DNA from: Lama glama
Taxonomy: Eukaryota
NCBI GenBank assembly: GCA_028534125.1
Contig: CM052816.1
Span: 74,898,001-74,962,000 of the forward strand
DNA length: 64,000 bases
Direction: 5' to 3'
Shown piece after piece: positions 38,325 through 49,481 of this stretch. Numbering within the stretch: position 1 is the stretch's first letter; each line of letters starts with the position of its first letter. The notes under the pieces are model-generated. The model was not told the DNA's origin. It saw only the letters and a program-made list of their open reading frames with translations, and made no database searches. The position numbers and the translations under genes were made by a program.

Positions 38325-39295
38325 AACTCTATACCTGAAGCAGAATATTATTTGAAAGCAGATTCTAGTTAATTGAAGATATACATCACAAATCCTAGGG
38401 CAACTACTAAAAATTTTTTAAGAAGTATAAATAATAAGCTAATAGTGAAGATAAAATGGAATCATAGGAAAATGTTCAATTAACAAAAAGAAGGCAGAAA
38501 AAGGGGAGATAAAAGAAATGAAGAACAGATGGAACAAAGAGAAAGTAAGATTGTGGAATTTAATCCAACCATATCAATAATGGCAAAATGTGAATGATCT
38601 GAACATGCCAATTAAAAACAAATTTGTCAGATTGGATTTTTTAACCATATGCTATTTATAAAAAGCCTTAATATAAAAGCATAGACAGGTTAAATGTAAA
38701 ATGAAAAGATACACCATGCAAACACCAACAAAAGAAAGCTGGAGTGGCTATAAAAAATATCACACAAAGTTACTTCAGAACAAGGAATATTATCAATGTT
38801 TCAGAGGAAAATTAGATAATAATAAATAATAAATGGGCCAATTCTCCAAGAAGACCTAGGAGTTCTAAATGTGTACATCCCTAATAACAAAGCCTCAAAA
38901 TACACAAAATAAAAACTGGTAGTGCTGAACAGAGAAATAGATAAATCCACAATTACTGTTTGAGACTTCAACATTCCTCTCTCAGTAATTGCTAGAACAA
39001 AGTCAGGAAATCAGTAAAGATAAGGAGATATAAGCAACACTATCAATCACTCTGTCAATATGATGTCATATTATTTATATTTATGGAACACTCTACTCAA
39101 CATCTGAATAAGCATTTCTTTCAAGTGCATGTGGAACATTTAACAAGATAGATGATACTCTCAGCCATAAAACAAATTTTGACAATTTAAAAAAATAAAA
39201 ATCATATAAAGTATGTCTTTAGATCATAATAGAATTAAACTAGAAGTCAATAAAAGAAATATATATGGAGAATAACCATATATTTGGAAGTTAAG
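38325..39295 (+). mobile_element. L1M fragment (inter-ORF region and ORF2 endonuclease)
   Basis: aatccaaccatatcaataat...gaaagctggagtggcta...gagacttcaacattcctctctcag...tcaagtgcatgtggaacatt. Confidence 0.85.
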
Positions 39296-39857
39296 GCTGC
39301 AATGAACATCTTCATATATTCATCATTGCATCTGAGTTGTATTATTTTTTGAAGTATGTAATTTTTTAAAACATGATTATCTCTTATGGTACAAATGAAT
39401 TACTAATTGGCATATGCAGTCTTTTTGTTGTTTTTTTATAGAATTAATATGCAACGTCTCAAAATGACTCTTGGCAGAGTTAGAAACCTCAATTTGAAAA
39501 TGAAACTCTGGAACTTTTCCAACACCATCCCCCACAACATATCTACGTCCACATGACAACCCCCAGTCATCTCTTTAGACATTGCACAAACATCCCTGAG
39601 AAGCCTTCTATGACAGTTGTCTATGCATGTCACTCCTCATAATTCCCCCAAATTAGACTTTCCTTCCTCCATGTTCCCAAAGCACTCTTTACATACCTCT
39701 GCTGACACAACCAGTGTCCTCTGCCTGGTTAACTCCAACTGCCCTTCAAACTTTAGTTCCAGGTTCCGAGAAAGCATTCCATGTCTCCTCTCCCGTACTC
39801 ACCTTTTTTGGGTTAGACACTCCTCTCATATAAACCCAAAACACTCAATGGTTAGTG

Positions 39858-40076
39858 TAAGGCTTCTCAAGAGCATTGCTATTGACATTTTTGACCTAAT
39901 AACGCTTTATTGCGCAGGGTTGTTTGTCCTGGCATCACATGATGTTTAATAGTATATTTGGCCTCTACCTACTAGATTCCAGTAACACACACACCCCAGT
40001 CGTGACAATCAAAGATGTCTCCAGACATTGCCAGATGTCCTCTGAGGACAAAATACTGCCCATTTGAGAACCACTG
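39858..40076. mobile_element. MER20 (hAT-Charlie), inserted in L2-like sequence
   Basis: ttctcaa...tattgacattt...gtgacaatcaaagatgtctccagacattgccagatgtcc...ttgagaaccactg; flanks ggttagtg/atttagtg resemble an 8 bp TSD. Confidence 0.88.
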
Positions 40077-41017
40077 ATTTAGTGCTACTAATCATATTAT
40101 CATGAATAGTCTGTTTATCTGTTTATTAGTCTATCTTAGATTATTGACAACTCAAAGGGGGAAACGTTTTTTCTTTCTGAAGACCAGTTTCTAGCACAGA
40201 ACCTGAAGCCTAAGTAAATACTTATAAATATTTGCTGAAGAAAATAAATGAAATTCTATTGCTCTGGAAATTATTTTGTTTATAGATCTATATAGCACCT
40301 TTTCTTCTTCCTCTCCCTCCTGGATTAGGATCTCCTTGAGGACAAAGAACTTTATTTATTCACTTTTATTTTCCCTGATTCATGCATGGAAATTGTCTGA
40401 TACTTATTTTATGATTAGATCAAACAAAAAAAGAATTTCATACATAAATAAAGATACACTAAAACTGACAGATTATAATCCAGGCTTTCAAGAGTCAATG
40501 GGAGAAAGAAGTAGTACATGTTTTTTAACTTATATGTAAAATGAAGTATAAGCATAAAAATCTATCCATAATTATAGATAGCCTTCTGAATACAAACTCT
40601 TCATGATTTATTTTAATCAATTTATTTCTGCTTTCATAAACTAAATATTAGAGGATGGAAAATGATGGAAACAAAACATTTTAATGCTAGAAAAACAGAG
40701 AAAGACACATTCCACCCACTTAAGATTCATATTAAAATGCACATAATCAAGAGGGAAGAAGACACTAGGTGACTTATAACCCTGTGGAGTGGTCTTTTTA
40801 ATAAAATCAAAGCAATCATTATTTCTAGGAAGATTATCTAGCATGTAAGATGCTAGTCACGCATAGAATTATTATTAGGCAGAAACTACTTATTGTTTGT
40901 ATCTTAATTTTTACCAGGAAATATACCCCATTAAAGTTTAAATCATTTAAAAATCTAATCCATTACATTGACTAACTTTTATTACCTAGTTTGCGTGGTT
41001 CAAAAATTATTGTTACA

Positions 41018-41139
41018 TGTGTGGTGATAATGGTAGCTGAACTTATTGTGGTGATTATTTCACAATGTATAAAAATATCCAATCACTATGTTGTACATCG
41101 GAAACCAATATAATATTGTATGTTAAGTATAACTTAATT
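41018..41139 (+). mobile_element. Short L1MA-like 3' end
   Basis: cttattgtggtgattatttcacaatgtat...aatcactatgttgtaca; 16 bp TSD AAAAATTATT(g/a)TTACA at 41002-41017 and 41140-41155. Confidence 0.88.
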
Positions 41140-41267
41140 AAAAATTATTATTACAAAGCAGCATATGTGCATTGTAGAAAATTAGCAACGCCTGATTAAA
41201 TCAATCCTTCACCACCAGAGACCATCACTACTAGTTAATGCCTAATGCCTATATTCCCAGGTCTTTA

Positions 41268-41288
41268 TACACACACACACACACACAC
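41268..41288. repeat. (CA)n microsatellite
   Basis: About 10 CA units. Confidence 0.9.
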
Positions 41289-41499
41289 CTTTGTAGTTTA
41301 ACATCAATATGAAGTCCTTCATCCTCAACCTACTTTTTTCAAATAATCTCTACTTTTTCTTTCAATACCTTTTCTCTCTTCTAGTATTTAGACTATGTTT
41401 AAAATTCTCCACTTGATCCAAAAATATCACATACAGCTGGTTTGTCCATTCAAATATCAAATATAGGATCAAACTTACATCTGATTTTTATGGCCCTCA

Positions 41500-42080
41500 A
41501 GTTTCTTATAATAGATCATAATCTCTTTTTCACGATCATGACTTTTTAAAGAACTCAGGCTAATTATTTACTACAGAATATATCTGGATTTTTCTGGTTT
41601 CTTTGTTATGCTATCATTTAACTTTTCAGTCTATATCCTACATTTCTTATAAACTACACATTATATTAGAGACTTAATAAATCCAATTTTAATATTTTTG
41701 CAAAGAATAATTCATAGGCAATGGTGTGTACTTCATGTGACTTTATATCAAAAGGCACATAATACCTGATTAACAATCATTGACGACAGTATGATTGACT
41801 GATTCTTATTCTAAGTTATTTTGTTTTCTTCTCCACTGTACAGATTAAATTTTTTCCTTGTGATTAAAAAATAACGTGTGAGGTTTTCTTCTAGCAATTA
41901 ACCAACAGGCACTTTCCAATAAACCATTTACTTATTGATCTTGATACCAGTTAATAATCCTCCCCTTAATCTATTAATATAATTTGGGTTTGAAAAATTA
42001 TTTTTTTCTACTTCGACAGTCCCTTCTATGTTTTATAACTGGCTTTTTTGTAAAACAGCACTTTTCCACAAAAACTGGGA
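41500..42080 (-). mobile_element. L1MC/ME 3' fragment
   Basis: atttttgcaaagaataattcatagg...aggcacataatacctg...ttctccactgta. Confidence 0.6.
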
Positions 42081-42091
42081 TATTTGGTTAC

Positions 42092-43795
42092 CCTGTTGGT
42101 GAGGATGTAAGCAACAGAATTACCATAGACATCAGGTGGGACTATTCACACCCCACTTTTGGAAAACAATTTGGTATTATCTAGTCAACTTGAAGATACA
42201 CACAATCTATGACCTAGCATTTCCATTTTAGGTATAGCATTTTCCACTTTAGGAATTATCCACTTAAAATCAAAAATTTATCTTTGTAAATTAGATATTT
42301 TAAAAATAAATGCTAATTGAATCTGTCTCTCAATATTTTAAATAAGGAAAATTATAACGTTCTATATATCACTCAAAACCTCAACCAATTTCCTAAAGCA
42401 TAACTAATTCACAGTAAAATACATATATATATGTGGCAAGCTGTCATGTTAAGATATAAAATGACTAATGACTAAAGTTTCTTTAAATGATTAATATCAT
42501 TGTTTTCAGCTTCTCTGCATGCAGTAACATGCTATATTAGTCTGGGTTCTCCAAAAGAGCACAATCAATTGCAGATATATATATATATCTAATTGATATA
42601 TCACATATGATTTACCATAAGGAATTGGCTCACGTGATTACAGAGACTGAGAAGTTCCAAGATCTTCAGCTGAGATACAGAAATCTGGTGAAGACCCAGG
42701 AAAGCCAGTGGTGTAGTTCCCATCCAAGTCCAAGTCTGAAGGCAGGAGGAGACCAATATTCCAGCTAGAAAACAGGCAGAGAGAGCAATTCCTCCTTTAA
42801 TCAGCCTTTTTTTTTTTCCTATTTAGGCCTTCATGAAATGGGTGAGGCTCAACCACATTAGAGAGGGCAATCTGTTAAATTTAGTCTATCCATTCAAATG
42901 TTAATCTCATCCAGAAACACCCTAACAGATACACCTAGAATAAAGGTTTATCAAATATCTGGGCAACCCCTCCAGTCAGGATGACACATAAATTTAACCA
43001 TCACATATGCCCTTTGTTGATTCTGGCTGTGCCTTTCAAAACATTAACATTTAACAATTCTATTTGGAATAGTCCTCTCCCACATAAACATTGTTTTGTT
43101 TAAAATGTAGTATTGAGGTTGGGAGACATAAATACAATTTTTTTGTGTAAATTAGCTGACAGGTGCATTGAAAAAACATTGGATATTAAGGTCCAAGAGG
43201 TGTTTCATTAGGGAAATGTTAGTTAAAGTATGCAATACCTACCCTAAAAACATGTAAACATATGCACTAGCATACATGTGTAAGAATATTTGCAGTATCA
43301 GTGTTATTTATGGTAACCCAAAACTGCAAACATCTGAACGTCCACTTACAGTAGTATGGATGAGTTGTGAAATACTCATACAATGGAATAGTGTATCACT
43401 AAGAAAATGATTTAGCCAAATTCTATAGTATGGATGACCTTGCAAGCACAATACTGTACAAAAGAAGATAAAGATAATTCCAGCAATATGAGTCCACTCA
43501 TATTAAGTTCAAAGCAGGCAAAACCAGACCAGTGTTTAGAGATGCATATATAAGTTGTAAAAGCATAAAGGAAAAGAAAGGTATGATTATCACAATGCCA
43601 GAATAGTAGATACTTCCAAAGAGGAGGGATAGAATTATAATTAGGGAGGAAGCCACAAACAAGGTGGGTGTTCTTGGATGCTGCTAAAGTTCTATTTTCT
43701 GACTAGGTTATACCAGTGTTTGTTTTGTAAGTATTCATTAAACAACACAGATATATTTTATGAACTCTTCTATAAGTATATATATTTCATAGCAA
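42092..43795 (+). mobile_element. L1ME-like 3' region in two parts (42092-42236 and ~43240-43795)
   Basis: tgttggtgaggatgt...ccacttttggaaaacaatttgg...ctatgacctagcatttcc, continuing at taccctaaaaa...catacaatggaata...ttcaaagcaggcaaaacc. Confidence 0.7.
42533..43005 (-). mobile_element. MLT2 (ERVL) solo LTR
   Basis: tatattagtctgggttctcca...taaggaattggctcacgtgatta...gacacataaatttaaccatcaca; 5 bp TSD catgc/tatgc. Confidence 0.9.
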
Positions 43796-44431
43796 GAAAA
43801 GAAAAAGAGATGAATGGGAAAAGTTAGATGAGGCATTATACAGGAGACACAATTACAGGATGCTGCTGAAGGGCACCAGCCTCTGCTTGCTGTATCTGAC
43901 TATGTGTCAACACATATAACTGAACTGCAGAAGATAAAAATAAAGACAACTAAAATAAGGCAGGGGCAAAAGCATTTTCAAAGGAGCTTACACTTAGAAA
44001 ATGCTCAAAAATGACCATTTGTTGGATTGGAACTTGATGAATGAAAAAAAGCTTTCATCTAAATAAAGAGCTTAAAAAAAACAGTCTAGAAGATAAAAAC
44101 TGAACACCTTCATAGGAACATAATAGGCATTCATAAAATTATAAAATGTGAGAACACTGAACTAGGCTTTGTGCATTACATCATGCAGTTCTCAAGACAT
44201 GAAGATGCCAATGAAATTCAAAAGAAGTCATTTTCAATAATTAAAAGAAATTGTATCTTACACAGAAAACAGTAAATTTTCAGTAAGTTGTAATTACATG
44301 TGCTTAAATTTTGGTATTGACAGAAAAAAATAACTAAATAAATAATCACCTAGCTAGAATATTCAGCCTCAAAAGAAAGTGTTTCATCATTTTATAACTG
44401 TTTAAAATTCATTTAAAAATAAATGCTTCCT

Positions 44432-44512
44432 CTGAAAAATTGTGTTCTACACTGGAATTTGACACAACATTGTAAAATGACTATAACTCAATTAAAAAAT
44501 GTTTAAAAAAAT
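44432..44512 (+). mobile_element. Minimal lineage-specific L1 3' stub
   Basis: ctgaaaaattgtgttctacactggaatttgacacaacattgtaaaatgactataactcaa plus A tail; 14 bp TSD AAAATAAATG(c/t)TTC at 44416-44429 and 44513-44526. Confidence 0.85.
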
Positions 44513-44602
44513 AAAATAAATGTTTCTCAATGCTTTGACCAGGCTCTGGCACACAAGGCAAATGTTCAGAAGCAGTCTCCTGACTTCTGATTTCCCATAG
44601 AA

Positions 44603-44620
44603 TGCTGCCCTCTGCTGGGA
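44603..44620 (-). promoter_or_regulatory. Candidate CTCF site
   Basis: Minus strand TCCCAGCAGAGGGCAGCA matches CCASYAGRKGGCRS without mismatch. Confidence 0.6.
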
Positions 44621-45349
44621 GAGATGATCATATCTGATAACACTTTTCCATTGTATTCAATTTTTGCAAAAATTTCCACTTCTGTTTTCATGAATGAAAT
44701 GTATCTATCTTTCCCTGAAAACACTTCATTTGAAATTACAGTCAGTTGTAAACTAGGTAAAGATGACTATGATATGTTTTCAAGTAAACAAAAAAATCTA
44801 TTTTGCAATTACAAAGAAAAATCATAAAAAGGAAATATATATTATCAATTGCATTGCATTATTCAGTATAAAGAAAACACAAACCTGAAATATTTTAAAG
44901 TAATTTTAAAAACATGTGTTTAAGGCTAGATATATGAGAAATGGATTTTAAAATTACATATTCTTAAATATTTGGTTTAAACTACTATTCTATAATTAAG
45001 CAGCCATCATAGAAAAAGTTTTCTTATTTTAATGATGCTGTGGTCATTCAAAACCAATTTTGAACTGCTTATATAAAATTGCCTTCAAAAGATTTGTTTA
45101 AAAGAAGCATACAAAAATCAATCTAGTTATTTTATAATTATATTTTTTGGTAATAACATTACCAAATTTCATCACCAGCATTGCTTACAAACTTGTGAAT
45201 ATCATTCTTGTTTTAAAGCAGATATGATTTTTGGAACTAAAGATTTTCCACCACTGGGGGTATCTGAAAGAATATGACGAATGATTCTAAGAAATTTTGA
45301 AAAATGAATTCTAAGAAAAACAATCATTTATATGTAATCTGTCAGGTGT

Positions 45350-47665
45350 CAGCTTCTGCTTACAATGTAGAAAGTTGCAAGAGAATGTCATTCCTAGTCT
45401 AACAATAATAACAAGCCTATAAAATCATTGTTAATTAAAAAATCCATCAGAGAGCTCAGGATGGAAGGAAAATGTTTAATGAATTAAAATACAGAAAGTT
45501 ACAAGCCTCTCTCTGGAATGCAGCAACCCAACAGCTTCTTAAATTTTTGGTGAAGCAGTAGAAAAGGAGGAAGCTGTCAGAGCAAGAAGAAAGGTAAGAA
45601 GAAAACTGGGGTAACTTCAGGGTAAGAAGAAAACTGCTGAACTTTTAAGAAAATGTTATAGACTAAGTGTGAACTAGCATGATGGTTTAAGATCATTAGA
45701 ACACAGAGTACACCCACCTACAAACGTTTCATAGATCTTCATAGAGTAGTCATGAGAAATATTGGGGCTAGAGTAGGAATGCTGAAAGAAACTTTCAAGC
45801 ACTCTTGCTTTACAGTGATAGAAGGCAGCAGGCACCTAGCTTTGGTGAAGAGGGACAGGAACACTGAGAGAGACTTGCTCCTCTGAGGTACAGTGTATAG
45901 GACCTCACGAACTCTGAGGGCAGGAAAGGAGGACTGAGAACAGCTCTACAAGTTCTCCAGGCTGTACACTGTGGAAGAGTAATGATCATCTGCGCCTGGG
46001 AGAAAGGCAAGGAAGCTGAAGGGACTCTCCCCTGAGTTGTAAGCATACAGGGTTTCTTGAAGTCTGAAGGCAGCACAAGCAAACTGAAATGAACTCCTTA
46101 GGTATGCGAGGTCTTCCATGGGTACAAAGCAATGACTGATTTTGGCTGGGGCCGAAGCAAGAGAGCTGAGAGACAGCCCTCTGATATGTAGACAAGCATG
46201 GCCTGAGGAAGGCTGAGGGCAACAGAGAAGAGTGAGAATATATCCATGTACTCAGATCCCATGTCTGACTAAAAAGAAAATTCTGATCCCTTGTACAAAA
46301 TATTTGTAGCATGTGGTGAAATAAATCTAACTAAAGAAACAGCTAAGCCCAGATCCAACTCAATTATGGACTAAATTAACTCATCTCCTCACATTAGTGG
46401 CTTGACAAAAGGGATGTGCCCTTTTCTTGGTATAAATATTATTTGCCTCACTTTCTATTATTCTATTATCAGTGACAAAGCATCGATATGAAACATGAAA
46501 AAAGGGAAAAAAATGTGGACTCATTCTCAAGAGACAAAACAGTCAATTAAAATCAGGTCCAAGTGTTAGAATTATCAAAGAAGGACTTTAAAACAATGAT
46601 AAATATGTTAAGTAATCTCATGGAAAAGGTGAATAGCATGTGTGAACAGATGGGGAATTTGTTCCCCACACATACAGATGAAAACCATAACAAGAAGCCA
46701 GACGGTAATCCTAAAAATGAAAAATAAAATATAAGATAAGGAATTATTTTTTGAGCTCATTAGTATACTGAACACATCAGGTGAAAGAATCCATGAATTT
46801 GAAGACAAAAGAAATTATCCAAATCAAAACACAAAGAGAAAAGAATTTAAAGAGGAGGGGTATCAGAACATCCAATAACTGTGAAAACAATATCAAATAG
46901 GCTATCATCTGTGTAGTTGGAATCCTAGAACAAGAGAAAAAGAGAATAGAGCAGAAGAAATACTGGAAGAAATAATGACTGTCAATTTTCCAAAACTGAT
47001 GAAATACATCAATCTACAGACCTAAGAAGTTCAATGAAATCCAAGAAGAGTAAATATAAAGAAAACCACACCTATGCATATCATGGTCATAACTGCTGAA
47101 AACTAAAGCATAAGTATAAGTCTTGAAATCAAAGGAAAAAGGATATATTACATACATTGAACAATAATGATTATGAAGGTTGATTTATCAGGAAAAAAAT
47201 GGGGACAAGCAATGAAATGGCATAAACTACTTAAAGAAAAATTGTTAATCCAGAATTTTATATCCAGTAAAAATATCCTTTAAAAGTGAAGTCAAAACAC
47301 ACCCTGGATCTGTAATCTGCCTGACCTGACTATTAAAAAAATTTATTACTGTGTCAGCTTGCCAGATAGATCTCCTTGAAGTGTAGCATGAGGCACATCT
47401 GAGCATGATTCAAGTGCAGGCTTCTTTTCTTCCCCACTTCATGTTTGTTGAGCTTGGGAAAGAAGCAGTTTTATGTGAACTAAACCCACTCATCCCAAGT
47501 GTATTTAATGATAGCAGGATGCGACAGATAAAATAAAATCCTATGGCCTCAAAAAAAAAAATGAAGTCAAAACAAAGACATTTGGAAGCAGGCAAAAATT
47601 GAAAGGATTTATCTCATCTCTGGCAGAACTGCAATAATAAGAAATATTAAATACTAATGTTCTTC
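45350..47665 (+). mobile_element. Old L1M 5' UTR and decayed ORF1
   Basis: ORF1-type sequence: gtgttagaattatcaaagaaggactttaaaaca, aataactgtgaaaacaatatcaaa, ccagaattttatatccagtaaaaatatcctt. Confidence 0.75.
47300..47561 (+). pseudogene. Retroposed mRNA 3' fragment (processed-pseudogene stub), parent unknown
   Basis: Non-L1 insert with AATAAA at 47532-47537 and A11 at 47551-47561. TSD AAAA(g/a)TGAAGTCAAAACA at 47282-47299 and 47557-47574. L1 ORF1 sequence continues on both sides. Confidence 0.75.
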
Positions 47666-48780
47666 AGTTATTTTCAGTCACTTTTTTGTGTTTCATTGAT
47701 ACAGTTTCAATTACTATGTCTTCAAGTTCAATAATCATTTCTTCTCCAATGTCTAATCCATCATTAATCTCACTCAGTATATTTTTCATTTCACACATTG
47801 GAGTTTTTCATCCCTGGAAGTCCAATTTGAGTCTTTTTTTTTTTAAACATTTTGTCTTTACTTAGCATATGCAATATATAATTCAGCTTCTTAAACTTAG
47901 GAAATATAGTTACAGTAATTATTTACTGTCCTGCCTTACTAATTCTATCTTCTGTGTCCCATCTGCATTGGTTTTGATTAATTGATGATTTTTATCCTTC
48001 TTATGGATCATAATATCTTGCTTTTTCACATGCTGGTAATTTTTTATTGGATATTATTAATTTTATCTTCTTGGATGTCGTATATTTTTTAATTCCCATA
48101 AATATTCTTGAGCTTTATTCTGTGATGCTGTTATTTAGAAACAATTTGAGCCATTCGGGTCTTGCTTATGAGCGTTGTTAAAAGAAACCAGAGCAGCATT
48201 TAGTTTTAGGGGTGATTTTGCTACTACTGAGGTAAAACACTTCTGAGTACACTAACCAACATGCCATAAATTGTGAGGTTTTCCATTTTGGCTGGTGCCC
48301 TCTGTAAATGCTGGGTATTATTCCCTCTAATCCTTTCTACATCAAGCAGTTTCCTTACCCTCATGCACTGATTAGTACTCAGCTGAAGACTCATGAAGTA
48401 CTCTGCAGATCTCCAGAGTTCTCTCTCCCTCTCTCTGAACAGCTCTTTCCTCTGTGATACTCTTCCCTATGAACTCTGACTTTCTCGGTCTTCTCAGATT
48501 CCCAGCTTCATCTTCTTAACCGAGGGAGACCACCAATCTTTGTCTGGGTTCTCTCTCTCTTGTGGATTGGGATATCTGCAGGTAATAAGCTGGGGCAATT
48601 ATAGGTTTCATCTCATCTGTTCATATAGTGAAAGGAATCACTACCCTTTATTGCTTAATGTTCAATGTCTTAAAAACTGTTATTTCATATATTTTATTCA
48701 GTGTTTTGTTATTTAGTCAGGAAAATAAATTATGTTCCTCTGAATTTACCATTCTTCTTGGTTAGAAACAGAAATCTTTG
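47665..48780 (-). mobile_element. Old L1M ORF1 and 5' UTR, opposite orientation
   Basis: ctatgtcttcaagttcaataatc...ctctgcagatctccagag...taagctggggcaattatagg...ggttagaaacagaaatc. Confidence 0.75.
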
Positions 48781-49384
48781 TATCATGCTTTAAAAAAATA
48801 TTTTAAATCTGCGTAATCTGCACATCATGACTGAAACGCTGATCTTTCCTTTCAGACTCATTCAAGTAGGAATCCTTCTAGGTCCTATATGATATCAAAT
48901 TTAAAATAGAATAGTATAGTAAGTATGGACTTTGAAGTGAGAAAAGCTATCCATAAACAGAACACACACACATATGAAAGAACATTAACCCTATGATATT
49001 TCTCCCTATTTACCTATTTCTTCCTTTTTAAAATTCTTCTCTGATTACTAGCCTTTAGGACCAGAAGCTCCTGTATTCTCTGTGATTACTTTCTGCTCTG
49101 GAGAGGGGGTTAACATAGGATGTCTATGAACCTTTATAGATGTCAAAATTTTTGCAAATTTGCAAACTCTATTTTGTCTAGGTAATGTAGTCTTGCTCAT
49201 TTTCTCTAGAATTTCTCCAGAAGTGAAGAAACAAATATATGCAACACCCACCACACATACACATACGCAGTTATTTTATACTAAGTTATTGCTTATGTTT
49301 TAACTTTCAGCTGGAAATGTAATTTAAGAATTTAATTAACTGAGATTAATCTCTGATGTCTTTTGTACATCCCTCAGATTTCAG

Positions 49385-49481
49385 ACAATCAGTGACTATG
49401 AAGTGATTAAAATTAAAATATTTAATCACACACAGTGATTTTTTGTCACAGTCAGTGGTTATGAAGTGATTAAAATAAAAA
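49385..49481. repeat. Imperfect 34 bp direct repeat with an internal 9 bp inverted repeat
   Basis: aca(a/g)tcagtg..tatgaagtgattaaaat at 49385 and 49448; GTGATTAAA (49403-49411) / TTTAATCAC (49421-49429). Confidence 0.8.

Noticed and set aside
43830..44280. Coding-looking stretch (…QETQLQDAAEGHQPLLAVSDYVSTHITELQK…) as a pseudogene or transposase relic
   Set aside because: I recognise no protein, frames break repeatedly, and there is no TSD or poly(A). Only a significant BLASTX hit would revive it.
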